Assembly: GCA_026396275.1 (NCBI GenBank)
Contig: JAPLXC010000004.1
Coordinates: 1,193-65,192, forward strand
Reading direction: 5' to 3'
DNA: 64,000 nt
Origin: Candidatus Moraniibacteriota bacterium
GTDB taxonomy: Bacteria > Patescibacteriota > Minisyncoccia > Moranbacterales > JAPLXC01
Shown: positions 27,631-38,188 of the stretch, one piece after another
Layout of the letters: every line of letters starts with the position of its first letter
How positions within the stretch are numbered: the stretch's first letter is position 1
Made by a program: the position numbers and the translations under genes
Notes under the pieces: generated by a model
Told to the model about the DNA's origin: nothing
Seen by the model: the letters and a program-made list of their open reading frames with translations, nothing else
The model's database searches: none

Positions 27631-27897
27631 ATGAAGCCGGGAGTTTTAGAACGTAAGATAAGAAAGATAGTAGAATATTCAAGAGACAAACAGCCGATGT
27701 TAAGAATCATCAAAAATAATGGTGAATCAAAATTCGGCGAATATATTCAATTAGGAATCATTGAAGGCGGCGGAAGAGCTCTCTTTACCAGAGATTCGGG
27801 GATCAGCGTTTATCCCTTGCGTGAGATTTCTGGCGTAGAATATATTTCAAAAAGTATAGCATGTTATGCATTAAACCGATCGCTGATTTTTAATTAA
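27631..27897 (+). CDS. Hypothetical small protein
   Basis: Strong SD (caagggagga). No motif. Confidence 0.4.
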   Translation: MKPGVLERKIRKIVEYSRDKQPMLRIIKNNGESKFGEYIQLGIIEGGGRALFTRDSGISVYPLREISGVEYISKSIACYALNRSLIFN

Positions 27898-27928
27898 AAG
27901 TTTCAGTGAAAATCAAAGGAGGAGGAAA

Positions 27929-28210
27929 ATGGAGAAAAAACAAATGCAAAAAGAAATAAAAGAAATTATTAAAAGAAATGGTGCTTTTCCTGCCCTAGTT
28001 GTTTTGACTAAGAAAGGTCTTTTGATTCTTGGTGAGCTTCAAGCATTATACTCAGACAGATTGGCGCTAAGAAAGTTTAATACGCCTCCAGAACAAGCAG
28101 AAGGTTGGACATTTATAACGCATTCAGCTGTTGAAAAAATAAAACATGTGCCGCAGATTGAATTGATTAATATGATCAACAATCTTGAATCTTGCTGTCT
28201 TGTTTGGTAA
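27929..28210 (+). CDS. Hypothetical small protein
   Basis: Strong SD (aaaggaggagga). No motif. Confidence 0.4.
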   Translation: MEKKQMQKEIKEIIKRNGAFPALVVLTKKGLLILGELQALYSDRLALRKFNTPPEQAEGWTFITHSAVEKIKHVPQIELINMINNLESCCLVW

Positions 28211-28377
28211 AATATGCGCCATTTAAATGTACGCAGAAAGTAAAAATAAGCCGACGGAAAATCCGCTCAGCTTTCTTTTTTGTCCAAATTTCTGATAAGT
28301 AACTATTCGCGCGAATAGTTACCAGTACTTTATTCGATGTTACACTTAACGTCGGCCGACAGTATGTGTAGTAAGAG

Positions 28378-30333
28378 TTATTTCTTTTCTGTGATTTCTT
28401 TGGTAATTTTTTCAATAAATTTCTCCAATTTCATAGTTTCCTGATTTCTATTATCTCTTTCTCTAACGTTCACACTATCACTTCCCATTTCTTTTTCTCC
28501 AACCACTAGCATATATGGGATTTTTTGCTTTTCGGCATCGCTGATGCGTTTGCCTAGTGTCTCGGATTGGTTGCTAATTTGAGAGCGAATATTATTAGCT
28601 AATAGAAGCGAATTAATTTTTTCAGCGTATCTAGAAAACTTTTCTGAAATTGGGATAATTACCGCCTGAACAGGAGAGAGCCAAACGGGAAAAGCGCCGG
28701 CAAAGTGTTCCGTAATAATTCCAATGAATCTTTCAAAAGCGCCAAAGATGGCAGCGTGAATCATCACCGGCGTTTTTTTCTTTCCGTCTTTATCTACATA
28801 TTCTATCTCAAACCTTTGGGGAAGTTGAAAGTCAAGCTGAATGGTAGCTAGTTGCCAAGAGCGGCCCAAGGCGTCTTTAATGTCAATATCAATTTTCGGC
28901 CCGTAAAAGACACCCTCTTTATCTTTTATTTCGTATTTAACTCTTTCTTTCTTAAGCGCATCTTCTAAATCTTTTTCAGCTTCATTCCAAGTCCTAATAT
29001 CTCCCATAAAATCATCTGGCCGGGTGGAAAGATAAAATTTCGGCTCAATTCCAAAACAACCATAGTATTCTCGCGTCATCTTGAGCAATATCCTGATTTC
29101 TTCTTTAACCTGATTTTTGGAGAGAAAAATGTGCGAGTCATCCTGGGTAATTTGGCGAACACGCAAAAGGCCGTTAAGCTCACCCGATTTTTCGTTGCGC
29201 ATCACATGGCCGATCTCCGTATATCTTATTGGAAGTTCTTTGTACGACCTTTGTTTTTCCTGGTAAATTTTTATATTAAAAGGACAGTCCATTGGCTTGA
29301 TAACATACTTATTACTGTCGACTTCGAAGTGAAACATGCTTTCTTTATAATGCTCCCAGTGGCCGGAGATTTCCCAAAGTTTTCTTTTAGCCAGGATCGG
29401 CGTCTGTATTTCTTCATAACCGTATTTCTTACGTATGTTTTTTCCTAATTGTTCTAGTTCGTTCCAGATAATCATTCCCTTGGGATGCCAGAAAGCCGAA
29501 CCGGGAGATTCAGGGTGAAAGGAATATAAATCCAAATCTTTCCCCAGTTTTTTGTGGTCTCTTTTTTCAGCTTCTTCCATATTTTTCAAATAATCATTCA
29601 GCTCTTTTTTGGTTTGAAAAACCACGCCATAAATTCTTTGCAATTGCTTGTTTTTTTCATCGCCTTTCCAATAAGCGCCGGAGATTTTGGTAAGTTTAAT
29701 CGCGTCGGGATTTATTTCGCCAGTAGAATCCAAATGTGGTCCTGTACAAAGATCGACGAAGCCCCCAGTTTTATAAATTGTTACCATCACCGATTTTTTT
29801 TCTTTTGACAGTATACTCCGATCGGAGCATACTGTTATATTAGCAGAAATGTCATTTAGAAGTTCGACTTTATATGGCTGGCCGGCTTTTTTGAAATGTT
29901 TAATGGCATTCTCGGCTGTGATTTCTTGCCTCTCAAATGGATAATTAGCTTTAATGATTTTTTTCATTTTTTCCTCCAGGATTTCCAGGTCTTCGGGAAT
30001 GAGAGTCCGCGGCAAATCAAAATCGTAATAAAAACCATTTTCAATAGCCGGGCCTATCCCAAATTTGGCTTCGGGAAACATTTCCAAAACCGCCGCGGCA
30101 AGAACATGCGAAGCCGAGTGCCTTAAAATTTCTAGATCGCTATTTTTTTTGCTTAACATATTTTCATTATAGCTAAAAAATAAAAGACCTAAAAACATAG
30201 GTCCTGGGCCCCGATGTAACTTCGGGGGGTTCCACCCAAGTTGTCCGATGTAACCATCAAACCACTCTTTAAGCTGTTGCGCCAGCTTCTGCGGAAACTC
30301 GACGGTTGGTAGCCGTGTCATTGTTTCATTCAA
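28378..30333 (-). CDS. thrS: Threonyl-tRNA synthetase
   Basis: TGS domain, editing-domain HxxxH (HSASHVLAAAV), class II core, C-terminal anticodon-binding domain. Confidence 0.9.
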   Translation of the reverse strand: MNETMTRLPTVEFPQKLAQQLKEWFDGYIGQLGWNPPKLHRGPGPMFLGLLFFSYNENMLSKKNSDLEILRHSASHVLAAAVLEMFPEAKFGIGPAIENGFYYDFDLPRTLIPEDLEILEEKMKKIIKANYPFERQEITAENAIKHFKKAGQPYKVELLNDISANITVCSDRSILSKEKKSVMVTIYKTGGFVDLCTGPHLDSTGEINPDAIKLTKISGAYWKGDEKNKQLQRIYGVVFQTKKELNDYLKNMEEAEKRDHKKLGKDLDLYSFHPESPGSAFWHPKGMIIWNELEQLGKNIRKKYGYEEIQTPILAKRKLWEISGHWEHYKESMFHFEVDSNKYVIKPMDCPFNIKIYQEKQRSYKELPIRYTEIGHVMRNEKSGELNGLLRVRQITQDDSHIFLSKNQVKEEIRILLKMTREYYGCFGIEPKFYLSTRPDDFMGDIRTWNEAEKDLEDALKKERVKYEIKDKEGVFYGPKIDIDIKDALGRSWQLATIQLDFQLPQRFEIEYVDKDGKKKTPVMIHAAIFGAFERFIGIITEHFAGAFPVWLSPVQAVIIPISEKFSRYAEKINSLLLANNIRSQISNQSETLGKRISDAEKQKIPYMLVVGEKEMGSDSVNVRERDNRNQETMKLEKFIEKITKEITEKK

Positions 30334-30375
30334 TTAATTGTAGTATATTAAAAATATTCAAAAAATGCAATATTT

Positions 30376-31161
30376 ATGATCAATGTCAAAAATCTCACCA
30401 AAAAATTCGGCGATTTCGTCGCTGTGGATAATTTTTCTTTTTCAGTTAACAAAGGGGAAATTTTTGCGTTTTTAGGGCCGAATGGCGCCGGGAAAACTAC
30501 CACCATAAAAATATTTACGACGCTCCTTCAGCCGACGAGCGGGAAAGTTTTGATAAACGGCTTTGATCCGGTGGAAAATCCGGATGACGTACGCTGTTCT
30601 TTTGGAATTACTTTTCAGGACCAGAGTTTGGATGATGAGCTTACGGCTTATGAAAATATGGAATTTCACGGAGTACTTTACGGCATTCCCAAAGTAACTC
30701 GCCGAACCAGGATTGAAGAATTGTTAAAGATTGTCGAGCTTTGGAAAAGAAAGGATGATTTGGTCAAAGAATTTTCCGGCGGAATGAAAAGACGGCTGGA
30801 AATTGCCCGCGGGCTTCTTCATCACCCGAAAATTTTATTTTTGGACGAACCAACATTAGGACTTGATCCGCAAACACGAACTCTCATTTGGAATTATATT
30901 AAAAACTTGAATGAGAAAGAAAAAATTACCGTTTTTTTTACGACGCACTATATGGAAGAAGCCGAAAAAGTAGCAGATCGAATCGCCATCATTGATCACG
31001 GAAAAATTATATCGGAAGGTACCGCGCAGGAATTAAAGTTAAAAACCAACACAATATCACTTGAGGACGCATTTCTTGCTCTCACCGGTGAAACTATCCG
31101 CGACGAAGGCGGGACGGCAATCGAAAGATTAAGAACGGCGAGAAAAGTGTGGAGAAGATAA
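30376..31161 (+). CDS. ABC transporter ATP-binding protein (ABC-2/DrrA-like)
   Basis: GPNGAGKTTT, SGGMKRRLEIARGL, LFLDEPT. Confidence 0.85.
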   Translation: MINVKNLTKKFGDFVAVDNFSFSVNKGEIFAFLGPNGAGKTTTIKIFTTLLQPTSGKVLINGFDPVENPDDVRCSFGITFQDQSLDDELTAYENMEFHGVLYGIPKVTRRTRIEELLKIVELWKRKDDLVKEFSGGMKRRLEIARGLLHHPKILFLDEPTLGLDPQTRTLIWNYIKNLNEKEKITVFFTTHYMEEAEKVADRIAIIDHGKIISEGTAQELKLKTNTISLEDAFLALTGETIRDEGGTAIERLRTARKVWRR

Positions 31162-31292
31162 TATTGAAAATTTCTAATTACTAATTTCTAATGTCTAATC
31201 AAATCCCAATTTAGGAATGAACAAACTAATAAAATTTTAGACATTATCATTTCAAGTATTGGTTATTAATCAGAAATCAGGTCAATTATAAA

Positions 31293-32057
31293 TTGGACAT
31301 TATGAACATAGTGAATATTATATATATTCTCTGGCTTCGGCAGGTGAAAAGATATTGGCGTTCGAAGCCCAGAATGATCGGCTCTTTAGGCCAGCCAATA
31401 TTGTTTCTGGTGGCTCTGGGTTTTGGCTTCGGTCCGATTTATCAGTGTGCGGGCGGAGGAAATTACATCGAATTTTTAGCGCCGGGCATTATTGCCATGA
31501 GTATCATCTTCACCGCCATGTTCACTGGTATTGAAGTCATTTACGACCGTCAGTTCGGGTTTTTGAAAGAAACGCTGGTGGCTCCGGTGCCGCGCTGGGC
31601 TATAATGTTTGGCCGGACTCTGGGCGGAGCAACAGTCGCAGCCTTGCAGGGAATTGTGGTTTTTATAATATCGCTTTTCATCGGATTCCGGCCGGAAATA
31701 GCGGCGCAGTCGCTTCTGGCTTTGGTTTTTATGGTATTAATTGCGATTTTTTTCACCGCCTTTGGAACAGCCATTGCTTCGCGCCTCGAAGATATGCAGG
31801 CCTTTCCTTTGATAATCAACTTTCTTATTATGCCTCTTTTCTTTCTTTCCGGAGCGCTTTTCCCGATAGAAAATGTTTCAGGGGCATTGCATACAATTAC
31901 AAGCTTCAATCCACTCTCCTACGGCGTGGACGGTATTCGCGGGGCGCTGACAAATCAAATTCATTTCGGCTTCACAAGTGATTTTACTTTTTTAATCATC
32001 GTGACTTTTCTGGTACTGGCAATTGGAACATATCTTTTTTCAAAGGTTGAGGTTTGA
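31293..32057 (+). CDS. ABC-2 family transporter permease
   Basis: Six predicted TMs. Follows the ATPase. Confidence 0.7.
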   Translation: MDIMNIVNIIYILWLRQVKRYWRSKPRMIGSLGQPILFLVALGFGFGPIYQCAGGGNYIEFLAPGIIAMSIIFTAMFTGIEVIYDRQFGFLKETLVAPVPRWAIMFGRTLGGATVAALQGIVVFIISLFIGFRPEIAAQSLLALVFMVLIAIFFTAFGTAIASRLEDMQAFPLIINFLIMPLFFLSGALFPIENVSGALHTITSFNPLSYGVDGIRGALTNQIHFGFTSDFTFLIIVTFLVLAIGTYLFSKVEV

Positions 32058-32166
32058 GTTTACTGAATTTTAAGAAGTGGTAGAATAGGATTAACTAATA
32101 ACTTACTACTAACTACTAGCTGCTTCCGCCAAAGGCGGATTCTCCCCTGGCGAAAACAACAACCAT

Positions 32167-33363
32167 ATGCCAGAAGAATTCAAAATCAAAAACGAGGATG
32201 TAATGCCTATGAAAAAAAGCAAGAAACCAGTGATAATTATTAGCACGGTTATTGTAGTGATTTTAGCGCTTGGCGCGCTGGGATATTTCGGCTGGAAATA
32301 CTATTCAGGAAAGCAAACACAGCTTAATGAGCTGAAACAGCAATTGGAAAATCTTAAGAAAGAATCGGAAAACCTGGCCGGCCAGGCAACTACGCAGGAA
32401 AATCAAGCGGGAAATGAAGGACAGAGTGAAGAAACGGCGGACGAATATGCCGGCTGGAATATTTATACCAATTCAGAAGTAGGATATCAGCTGAAATATC
32501 CGGCTGACTGGACAGTAAAAGAAACAAGCGAACATAGTGAGATTCTGGATAAGTATGTGAAATATGTGACTTTGTATACTCCTGGCAAGAAATATTTTCT
32601 TCACTGGGGGCTGAAATACAAGGGTGATAATTTTGGAGCCACCGACCGTACGGGACTGGGCGCCGGGGATTTTATAAATACCGGAAAGAAAATTGCGATT
32701 CTCGGAACAGAAGTGGATGTGGTGAAGCAGGTGTATAAAGGTGAAACCCAGGAAATGTTTTTTCCTAATGCCGGGGAAACTAAAACTTCCGACGGAAAAT
32801 ACTCTTTTGTAAATTCATTTACATATAACACAACTCACAAATCAACCGATCCGGATCTGGCCGGAATTCCGGAGGAAAAACTAGCCGAAAAAATTCTTAT
32901 ATCGGTAAAAATTATTCCGCGCACGGCCGTTCAAACCGGCTGCGCTTCAACTTTGACTGCTTCTGATAAATTGGCGATAAAAACCTGGAAAACTTATAAA
33001 AACGACAAATACGACTATTCCTTTAAGTACCCGGCCGATTGGACTTACGACAAAGTAAGCGATAAGCTTATAAATTTTGAGGGAAATGATGACGTTGTTT
33101 TTTCTTGGCGAAGCGAAGAGATGACAGCACTGGGATACGAGGGCTGGGAACTGGACACAACAAAAAATTTGAAAGTAGCCTGCCAAAGCGCGAAATCGAC
33201 TTATCTTGAACAAGGAGATGAGCGGATGATTTTCACCCAATTTAAAAAAGATAGTATCAACCATATGACCAACTTCGGTTACAAATACATCGGCGCCTCG
33301 CTTTCCAGCGACATGGTGGAGATGTATGACTTAATTTTGAAAAGTGTGGAATTTAGTGATTAG
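32167..33363 (+). CDS. Membrane-anchored hypothetical protein with a coiled-coil linker and two YxxKYPADWT repeat domains
   Basis: TM VIIISTVIVVILALGALGYFGW, then two ~120-aa repeats each containing KYPADWT. Confidence 0.5.
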   Translation: MPEEFKIKNEDVMPMKKSKKPVIIISTVIVVILALGALGYFGWKYYSGKQTQLNELKQQLENLKKESENLAGQATTQENQAGNEGQSEETADEYAGWNIYTNSEVGYQLKYPADWTVKETSEHSEILDKYVKYVTLYTPGKKYFLHWGLKYKGDNFGATDRTGLGAGDFINTGKKIAILGTEVDVVKQVYKGETQEMFFPNAGETKTSDGKYSFVNSFTYNTTHKSTDPDLAGIPEEKLAEKILISVKIIPRTAVQTGCASTLTASDKLAIKTWKTYKNDKYDYSFKYPADWTYDKVSDKLINFEGNDDVVFSWRSEEMTALGYEGWELDTTKNLKVACQSAKSTYLEQGDERMIFTQFKKDSINHMTNFGYKYIGASLSSDMVEMYDLILKSVEFSD

Positions 33364-36300
33364 TAAATGTCAATCCTTCCTTCTGGAATAACACTTTTTA
33401 ATTCTTCTTTCAGTTTACCATTGTCTTTGATGCAGTATGGGGTCTCCAGTTTAGACCCGTTGATATTAAGATAAATCTTCATTGCTCCCAGCTCGCATTG
33501 ATCAAAGAAACGAGATAGCTTTTTAATGGTTTCCTGCTGGGAATGAGAAGGAAGAGTGATGACTAGCTTTTTCCTTTCTTTATTGTAACCGCTGCTGGTC
33601 TTTTGGATTGACTGGACTCTTTTGAAATTATCCAAATCCTGCTGGCTTATAATCTTCGCCTCATCCGCTATTAATTTAAACACACCCTCCTTATCGGAAA
33701 GTTTTCCTTCAACAATTACTATTCTATCTTCCTCCCATACTCCTGACGTTCTTTCCAGAACCTTGGGAAAAACAAGAATCTCAAGCCGCCCCTGCAAGTC
33801 CTCGATGGTCACGAAAAGCATGGTACTGTTTTGGTTTCTCACGTGAACCTTTTGAATTCTGCTTATCACTCCGCCGAGGCGGACTTTGCCGCCAACCATT
33901 TTTTTGTCGAGAGACCGGATAGGAATAACCGTTTTTTCCAGGTACTCGCGAAAATCAGAAACAGGGTGATCGCTGACGTAAAGCCCCAAAAGTTCTTTTT
34001 CCCACCCGAGCTTTTGTTTTTTAGTGGCCGGTTCAGTAGCAACCAGCGGAATAGTGGGGGGAGCAAGAATTGAATCACTAAACAAGCTTGATTGATTGGA
34101 ACAACGTGACTTTTGAATATTGCGGGAAAAGATTAGGATGTTTTCTAAACTGGCAAGCAATTGATTGCGCTCGCCTAATTCGTCGAGAGCTCCAACTTTA
34201 ATCAATGATTCCAGAGATTTTTTGTTCAGGTCCTTGTGCTGAATGCGCTCGGTGAAATCAGCAATACTCTTGTATTTTCCGCTGCGCTTCCTTTCCTCGA
34301 CAACTTCATGGGCTATGGTATGACCGACATTTTTTATGGCATTAAGCCCAAAGCGAATCCGTTCCACCTTGTCTTCTCCGATAATCACCGCAAATTCCTC
34401 AAAACTTTCATTAACGTTGGGAGGAAGGACTTCTAGTCCCATTTCAGTGGTTTCGGCGACTTCAATGGCGATCCGGTCGATGTCATCCTGGTCGGAAGTG
34501 AGAAGCGCTGCCATAAATTCAGCCGGGAAGTGGGCTTTGAGATAAGCTGTTTGGTATCCGATAAGCGCGTAACAAGCGGCATGAGACCGGTTGAAACCAT
34601 AGCCAGCAAAGGGCTCAATAAAATCAAAAACCTTTTCAGCGATTTTCTTTCCAATTCCGTTGCGGACGCAGCCCTCAACAAACTTGATCCTTTGCTGTCT
34701 GATTAGTTCGGGAATCTTTTTGCCCATCGCTTTCCGGAGAACATCGGCTTCTCCGAGAGTGAAACCGGCCAGGTCTCTGGCGATCTGCATAATTTGTTCT
34801 TGGTAAACCGCGACGCCGTAGGTGTTTTTGAGAATTGGTTCCAGTTTGGGATGAAGATAGTTGATTTTTTTCTTTCCGTGTTTTCCGGCTATGAAATCCG
34901 GAATCCACTCCATGGGTCCCGGACGGAAAAGCGCCACCATGGCGATAATATCTTCAAAGTTAGTCGGCTTGAGCTGCTTCAGATACCGCTTCATTCCCGA
35001 ACTCTCCAACTGAAATACCCCGGTGGTCTTGGCTTCTTGGAGAAGCTGATAAGTTTTTTTGTCATCCAAGGGGATATCGTCAATGTTAATATCAATATTT
35101 TTTATTTTGCGCACGATTCGAAGCGCGTTTTGAATAATAGTGAGGTTTTTAAGCCCCAGAAAATCCATCTTCAAAAGTCCGATTTTTTCCACGTAGCTTG
35201 ATTTAGTGGAAGAAGAATATTGGGTAACTGTCCCTTCCTTTTTCCCGGCGATTTTCTGAAGAGGGGAATATTCCGTTACCGGATTTTTCGTAATTACCAC
35301 TCCGCAGGCGTGCATTGAAGCGTGACGGGCCACTCCCTCTAGGCGCCGGGCGCTGTCAATGAGTTTTTTAGCGGCGGGGTCGGACTGGTATAATTGCCTG
35401 AATTCACTGGCTTGATCCAGCGCGTCTTCAATAGAAGAAAAAATCGGGATCATTTTAGCCGCTTTGTCGCAAAAATCGTAAGGGTATCCTAGGGCTCGGC
35501 CGGCATCGCGGATAGCGGCGCGCGCCGCCATTGTTCCAAAAGTGATGATTTGGGCCACTTGATCATGCCCATATTTTTGGCGCACATAATCAATTACTTC
35601 GTCGCGCCGATCATCAGCAAAATCCATATCAATATCGGGCATTGAGATTCTTTCCGGGTTGAGAAAGCGTTCGAATAAGAGATTATATTTAATAGGATCA
35701 ATATTGGTTATTCCAATAAGATAAGAAACCAAGCTTCCCGCAGCGCTTCCCCGGCCAGGTCCGACAACGATTTTGTTTTGTTTGGCCCAGTTGACAAAGT
35801 CCTGGACGATCAGAAAATACGAAGCAAAAGCGGTCTTTTCTATGACCGAGAGCTCATATTCCATTCGCTGGCGGTGTTCTTCAGTAAACCCTTTTCCGAA
35901 TCTTTTTTCCAGTCCTTCTTCAGCAAGATGCCGAAGATAACTCTCTGGAGTAAAACCAGAAGGGACTTCTATTTCAGGCAGAATGGTTTTTCCCAAGTGA
36001 AGTTCAAAGTTAATTTGATCTACTATTTTTTGAGTGTTCGCGAGGGCTTCCGGAATATGCCGGAAGGTCTCTTTCAGTTCCGCCGGCGTTCTCATTGAAA
36101 GATCAAAAGCAGTGAGATTCATCCGGTCTTTTTCCTGAACCTTCCGGTTGGTTTGAATGCAAATCAGAATATCCTGAATCGGCGAGTCGTCCTTTTGCAC
36201 GTAATGAACATCGCTAGTGGCAACAACCGGAATTCCGGTCTCGCGGGAAATTTTTATTATCCCCTCGCTGGCAATTTTTTGCGCCGGATAATTTGGATGA

Positions 36301-36848
36301 TCTTGCAATTCCAAAAAGAAATTACCCCGGCCAAAAATTTTTTCGTATTCCAGGGCTGCCTGCTTCGCCCTTTCATATTTACCAGAAACAATATGGGAAG
36401 GAATTTCTCCCTCGATGCAGCCGCTAAGGCCTATCAAGCCCTCTGAATGGCGGCGCAGAATTTCTTTATCAATCCTGGGCTTGTAATAAAACCCTTCAAG
36501 ATGGGATACGGAAATAAGTTTCATTAAGTTTTTGTATCCCTTCTCGTTTTTAACTAAAAGGATGAGATGATAACGAAGACGGTCTTCGGCAGTCGGATTT
36601 TTATTGGCCAGCCCATTGGGAGCCAGATACATCTCGCAGCCGATGATCGGTTTTATTCCCCGCTCTTTGGCTTTAATGAAAAATTCCACGGCGCCATAGA
36701 GCACTCCGTGGTCAGTGAGAGCCAGGGAGTCCATGCCCAGTTCCTTGGCGCGATCAAGAAGCTCGTCGATTTTGGCGAGACCGTCGAGAAGAGAATAATG
36801 AGAGTGGACATGTAAATGAGTGAATTTGGGTTTTGCGGTTTCGGACAT
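33360..36848 (-). CDS. dnaE: DNA polymerase III alpha subunit
   Basis: PHP domain HLHVHSHYSLLDG, polymerase core, OB fold. 1162 aa. Confidence 0.9.
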   Translation of the reverse strand: MSETAKPKFTHLHVHSHYSLLDGLAKIDELLDRAKELGMDSLALTDHGVLYGAVEFFIKAKERGIKPIIGCEMYLAPNGLANKNPTAEDRLRYHLILLVKNEKGYKNLMKLISVSHLEGFYYKPRIDKEILRRHSEGLIGLSGCIEGEIPSHIVSGKYERAKQAALEYEKIFGRGNFFLELQDHPNYPAQKIASEGIIKISRETGIPVVATSDVHYVQKDDSPIQDILICIQTNRKVQEKDRMNLTAFDLSMRTPAELKETFRHIPEALANTQKIVDQINFELHLGKTILPEIEVPSGFTPESYLRHLAEEGLEKRFGKGFTEEHRQRMEYELSVIEKTAFASYFLIVQDFVNWAKQNKIVVGPGRGSAAGSLVSYLIGITNIDPIKYNLLFERFLNPERISMPDIDMDFADDRRDEVIDYVRQKYGHDQVAQIITFGTMAARAAIRDAGRALGYPYDFCDKAAKMIPIFSSIEDALDQASEFRQLYQSDPAAKKLIDSARRLEGVARHASMHACGVVITKNPVTEYSPLQKIAGKKEGTVTQYSSSTKSSYVEKIGLLKMDFLGLKNLTIIQNALRIVRKIKNIDINIDDIPLDDKKTYQLLQEAKTTGVFQLESSGMKRYLKQLKPTNFEDIIAMVALFRPGPMEWIPDFIAGKHGKKKINYLHPKLEPILKNTYGVAVYQEQIMQIARDLAGFTLGEADVLRKAMGKKIPELIRQQRIKFVEGCVRNGIGKKIAEKVFDFIEPFAGYGFNRSHAACYALIGYQTAYLKAHFPAEFMAALLTSDQDDIDRIAIEVAETTEMGLEVLPPNVNESFEEFAVIIGEDKVERIRFGLNAIKNVGHTIAHEVVEERKRSGKYKSIADFTERIQHKDLNKKSLESLIKVGALDELGERNQLLASLENILIFSRNIQKSRCSNQSSLFSDSILAPPTIPLVATEPATKKQKLGWEKELLGLYVSDHPVSDFREYLEKTVIPIRSLDKKMVGGKVRLGGVISRIQKVHVRNQNSTMLFVTIEDLQGRLEILVFPKVLERTSGVWEEDRIVIVEGKLSDKEGVFKLIADEAKIISQQDLDNFKRVQSIQKTSSGYNKERKKLVITLPSHSQQETIKKLSRFFDQCELGAMKIYLNINGSKLETPYCIKDNGKLKEELKSVIPEGRIDIY

Positions 36849-36854
36849 AATTCG

Positions 36855-36990
36855 TGTTTAAAAAATCCCAATTTCAAAACCCAAATGTCAAATAAAATCC
36901 AAAAAATTAAAAATAAAAAACGGCCTTATGGAGCGTTTAAAAAATCTTGGAAATTTGAGCTTTGAAATTTGACATTTTTTTATTCTATCC
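36855..36990. repeat. Long AT-rich imperfect palindrome (AAATCCCAATTTCAAA / GAAATTTGAGCTTTGAAATTTGACA arms) upstream of dnaE
   Basis: The arms are roughly reverse-complementary. Related to the element at 39012..39135. Confidence 0.45.
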
Positions 36991-37015
36991 TCATTCCCCG
37001 GGTTGCCCCTTTGGA

Positions 37016-37065
37016 GTTTGCAGGGTAGTTCTCTACGAATTACTAATCACATACGAATGTACGAA
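37016..37065. repeat. TACGAA motif family copy (ttctctacgaattactaatcacatacgaatgtacgaatc)
   Basis: Nearly identical in reverse complement to 46843..46880, upstream of mreB. Confidence 0.5.
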
Positions 37066-37428
37066 TCCGTGATTTGATTATAGCAGGTTTGGGGAAAAAG
37101 AAAAGAAGCGACGGTTTATATGTCGCTTCTAGCGGTTTTTAAACAAGGAATGCTTCACATTACCAAGGCGTCCTTCTTCGGGTTTTACTCTCAATTTTGC
37201 CAATATCAGTTGGTAATTTGTTCAGTTCCACCATTTTTTCGTAGAAGCTTTTTAAGCTTCTTCCGGAGGCCTTTAATGCTTCGTGCAAATAAAGAATTAT
37301 AACTGCCGGAAGAAGGATAATTAATCCTGCTAATACTTTTAAAACTTCTATCGGATGAAGGTACCACCTATAACTTTTCATTAGTTCCTCCTTTGCTGTG
37401 AACTTATTTAAGATGTTATAATAAATTT

Positions 37429-38142
37429 ATGAAAAAGTCAACCTTTGAACTAGAAAATAAATTATTGAATGATGGCTATGATTTTATTATCGGCATTGAT
37501 GAGGCGGGGAGAGGGCCATTGGCGGGCCCCGTCGTTGCTGCTGCAACGATAACCCGCAATTTCCAATTTCCAAATCTCAATTTCCAAAAAAATGTCAAAT
37601 GTCAAATGTCAAATGTCAAGATGTTTGATCTTATCCGCGATTCAAAAACCTTATCTGCGAAGCAGCGGGAAAAATTATTTGATTTCATTCAAGAACACTT
37701 TTACGTAGGGATCGGAATTTGCGATCACCGGACAATTGACAAGGTAAATATTTTGCAAGCGAGTTTTTTGGCGATGAAAGCGGCCCTATCAGACCTGAAA
37801 TCAAAAATCAAAAATCAAAAATCAAAATTACAATTTAAAAATCAAAAAGAAATATTAGACACCAGGTACAAAATACCAGATACAAAATACATAGTACTCG
37901 TTGATGGCAAGCACAAAATTCCCAATTTTTCCCATAAGCAAAAAAATATCGTCAGCGGTGACAAACTTGTGAAATCCATTTCCGCTGCTTCAATTGCGGC
38001 TAAAGTCACCCGTGACCGGATAATGTTGAAAATGCATAAAAAATATCCACACTATGGATTTAGATTAAAAAAGCATGGACCTTGCCGAATTCACCGGAAA
38101 AGTTTTAAGCCGGTAGAAAAACTTGTCAAAGCAAAGAAATGA
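37429..38142 (+). CDS. rnhB: Ribonuclease HII, with two in-frame heptamer-repeat insertions
   Basis: IIGIDEAGRGPLAGPVVAAA. Insertions at 37557..37619 and about 37795..37842. Confidence 0.85.
   Translation: MKKSTFELENKLLNDGYDFIIGIDEAGRGPLAGPVVAAATITRNFQFPNLNFQKNVKCQMSNVKMFDLIRDSKTLSAKQREKLFDFIQEHFYVGIGICDHRTIDKVNILQASFLAMKAALSDLKSKIKNQKSKLQFKNQKEILDTRYKIPDTKYIVLVDGKHKIPNFSHKQKNIVSGDKLVKSISAASIAAKVTRDRIMLKMHKKYPHYGFRLKKHGPCRIHRKSFKPVEKLVKAKK
37557..37619. repeat. Nine consecutive heptamers (CAATTTC x2, CAAATCT, CAATTTC, CAAAAAA, ATGTCAA x4), 63 nt, in-frame in rnhB
   Basis: Direct read. Encodes NFQFPNLNFQKNVKCQMSNVK. Confidence 0.7.
37795..37842. repeat. (TCAAAAA)n heptamer tandem repeat in-frame in rnhB
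   Basis: Encodes KSKIKNQKSKLQFKNQK. Same unit as in leuS and GT4. Confidence 0.7.
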
Positions 38143-38188
38143 TGATAACTTAACAATGTAGCCATTAACAGTTTAGCAATTTACGATT

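Noticed and set aside
37557-37619. Tandem heptamer arrays (also 7823, 25414, 48093) considered as possible CRISPR arrays
   Set aside because: The units are 7 nt with no spacers and no cas genes, and they lie inside ORFs in frame. They are microsatellite-like repeats, not CRISPR.
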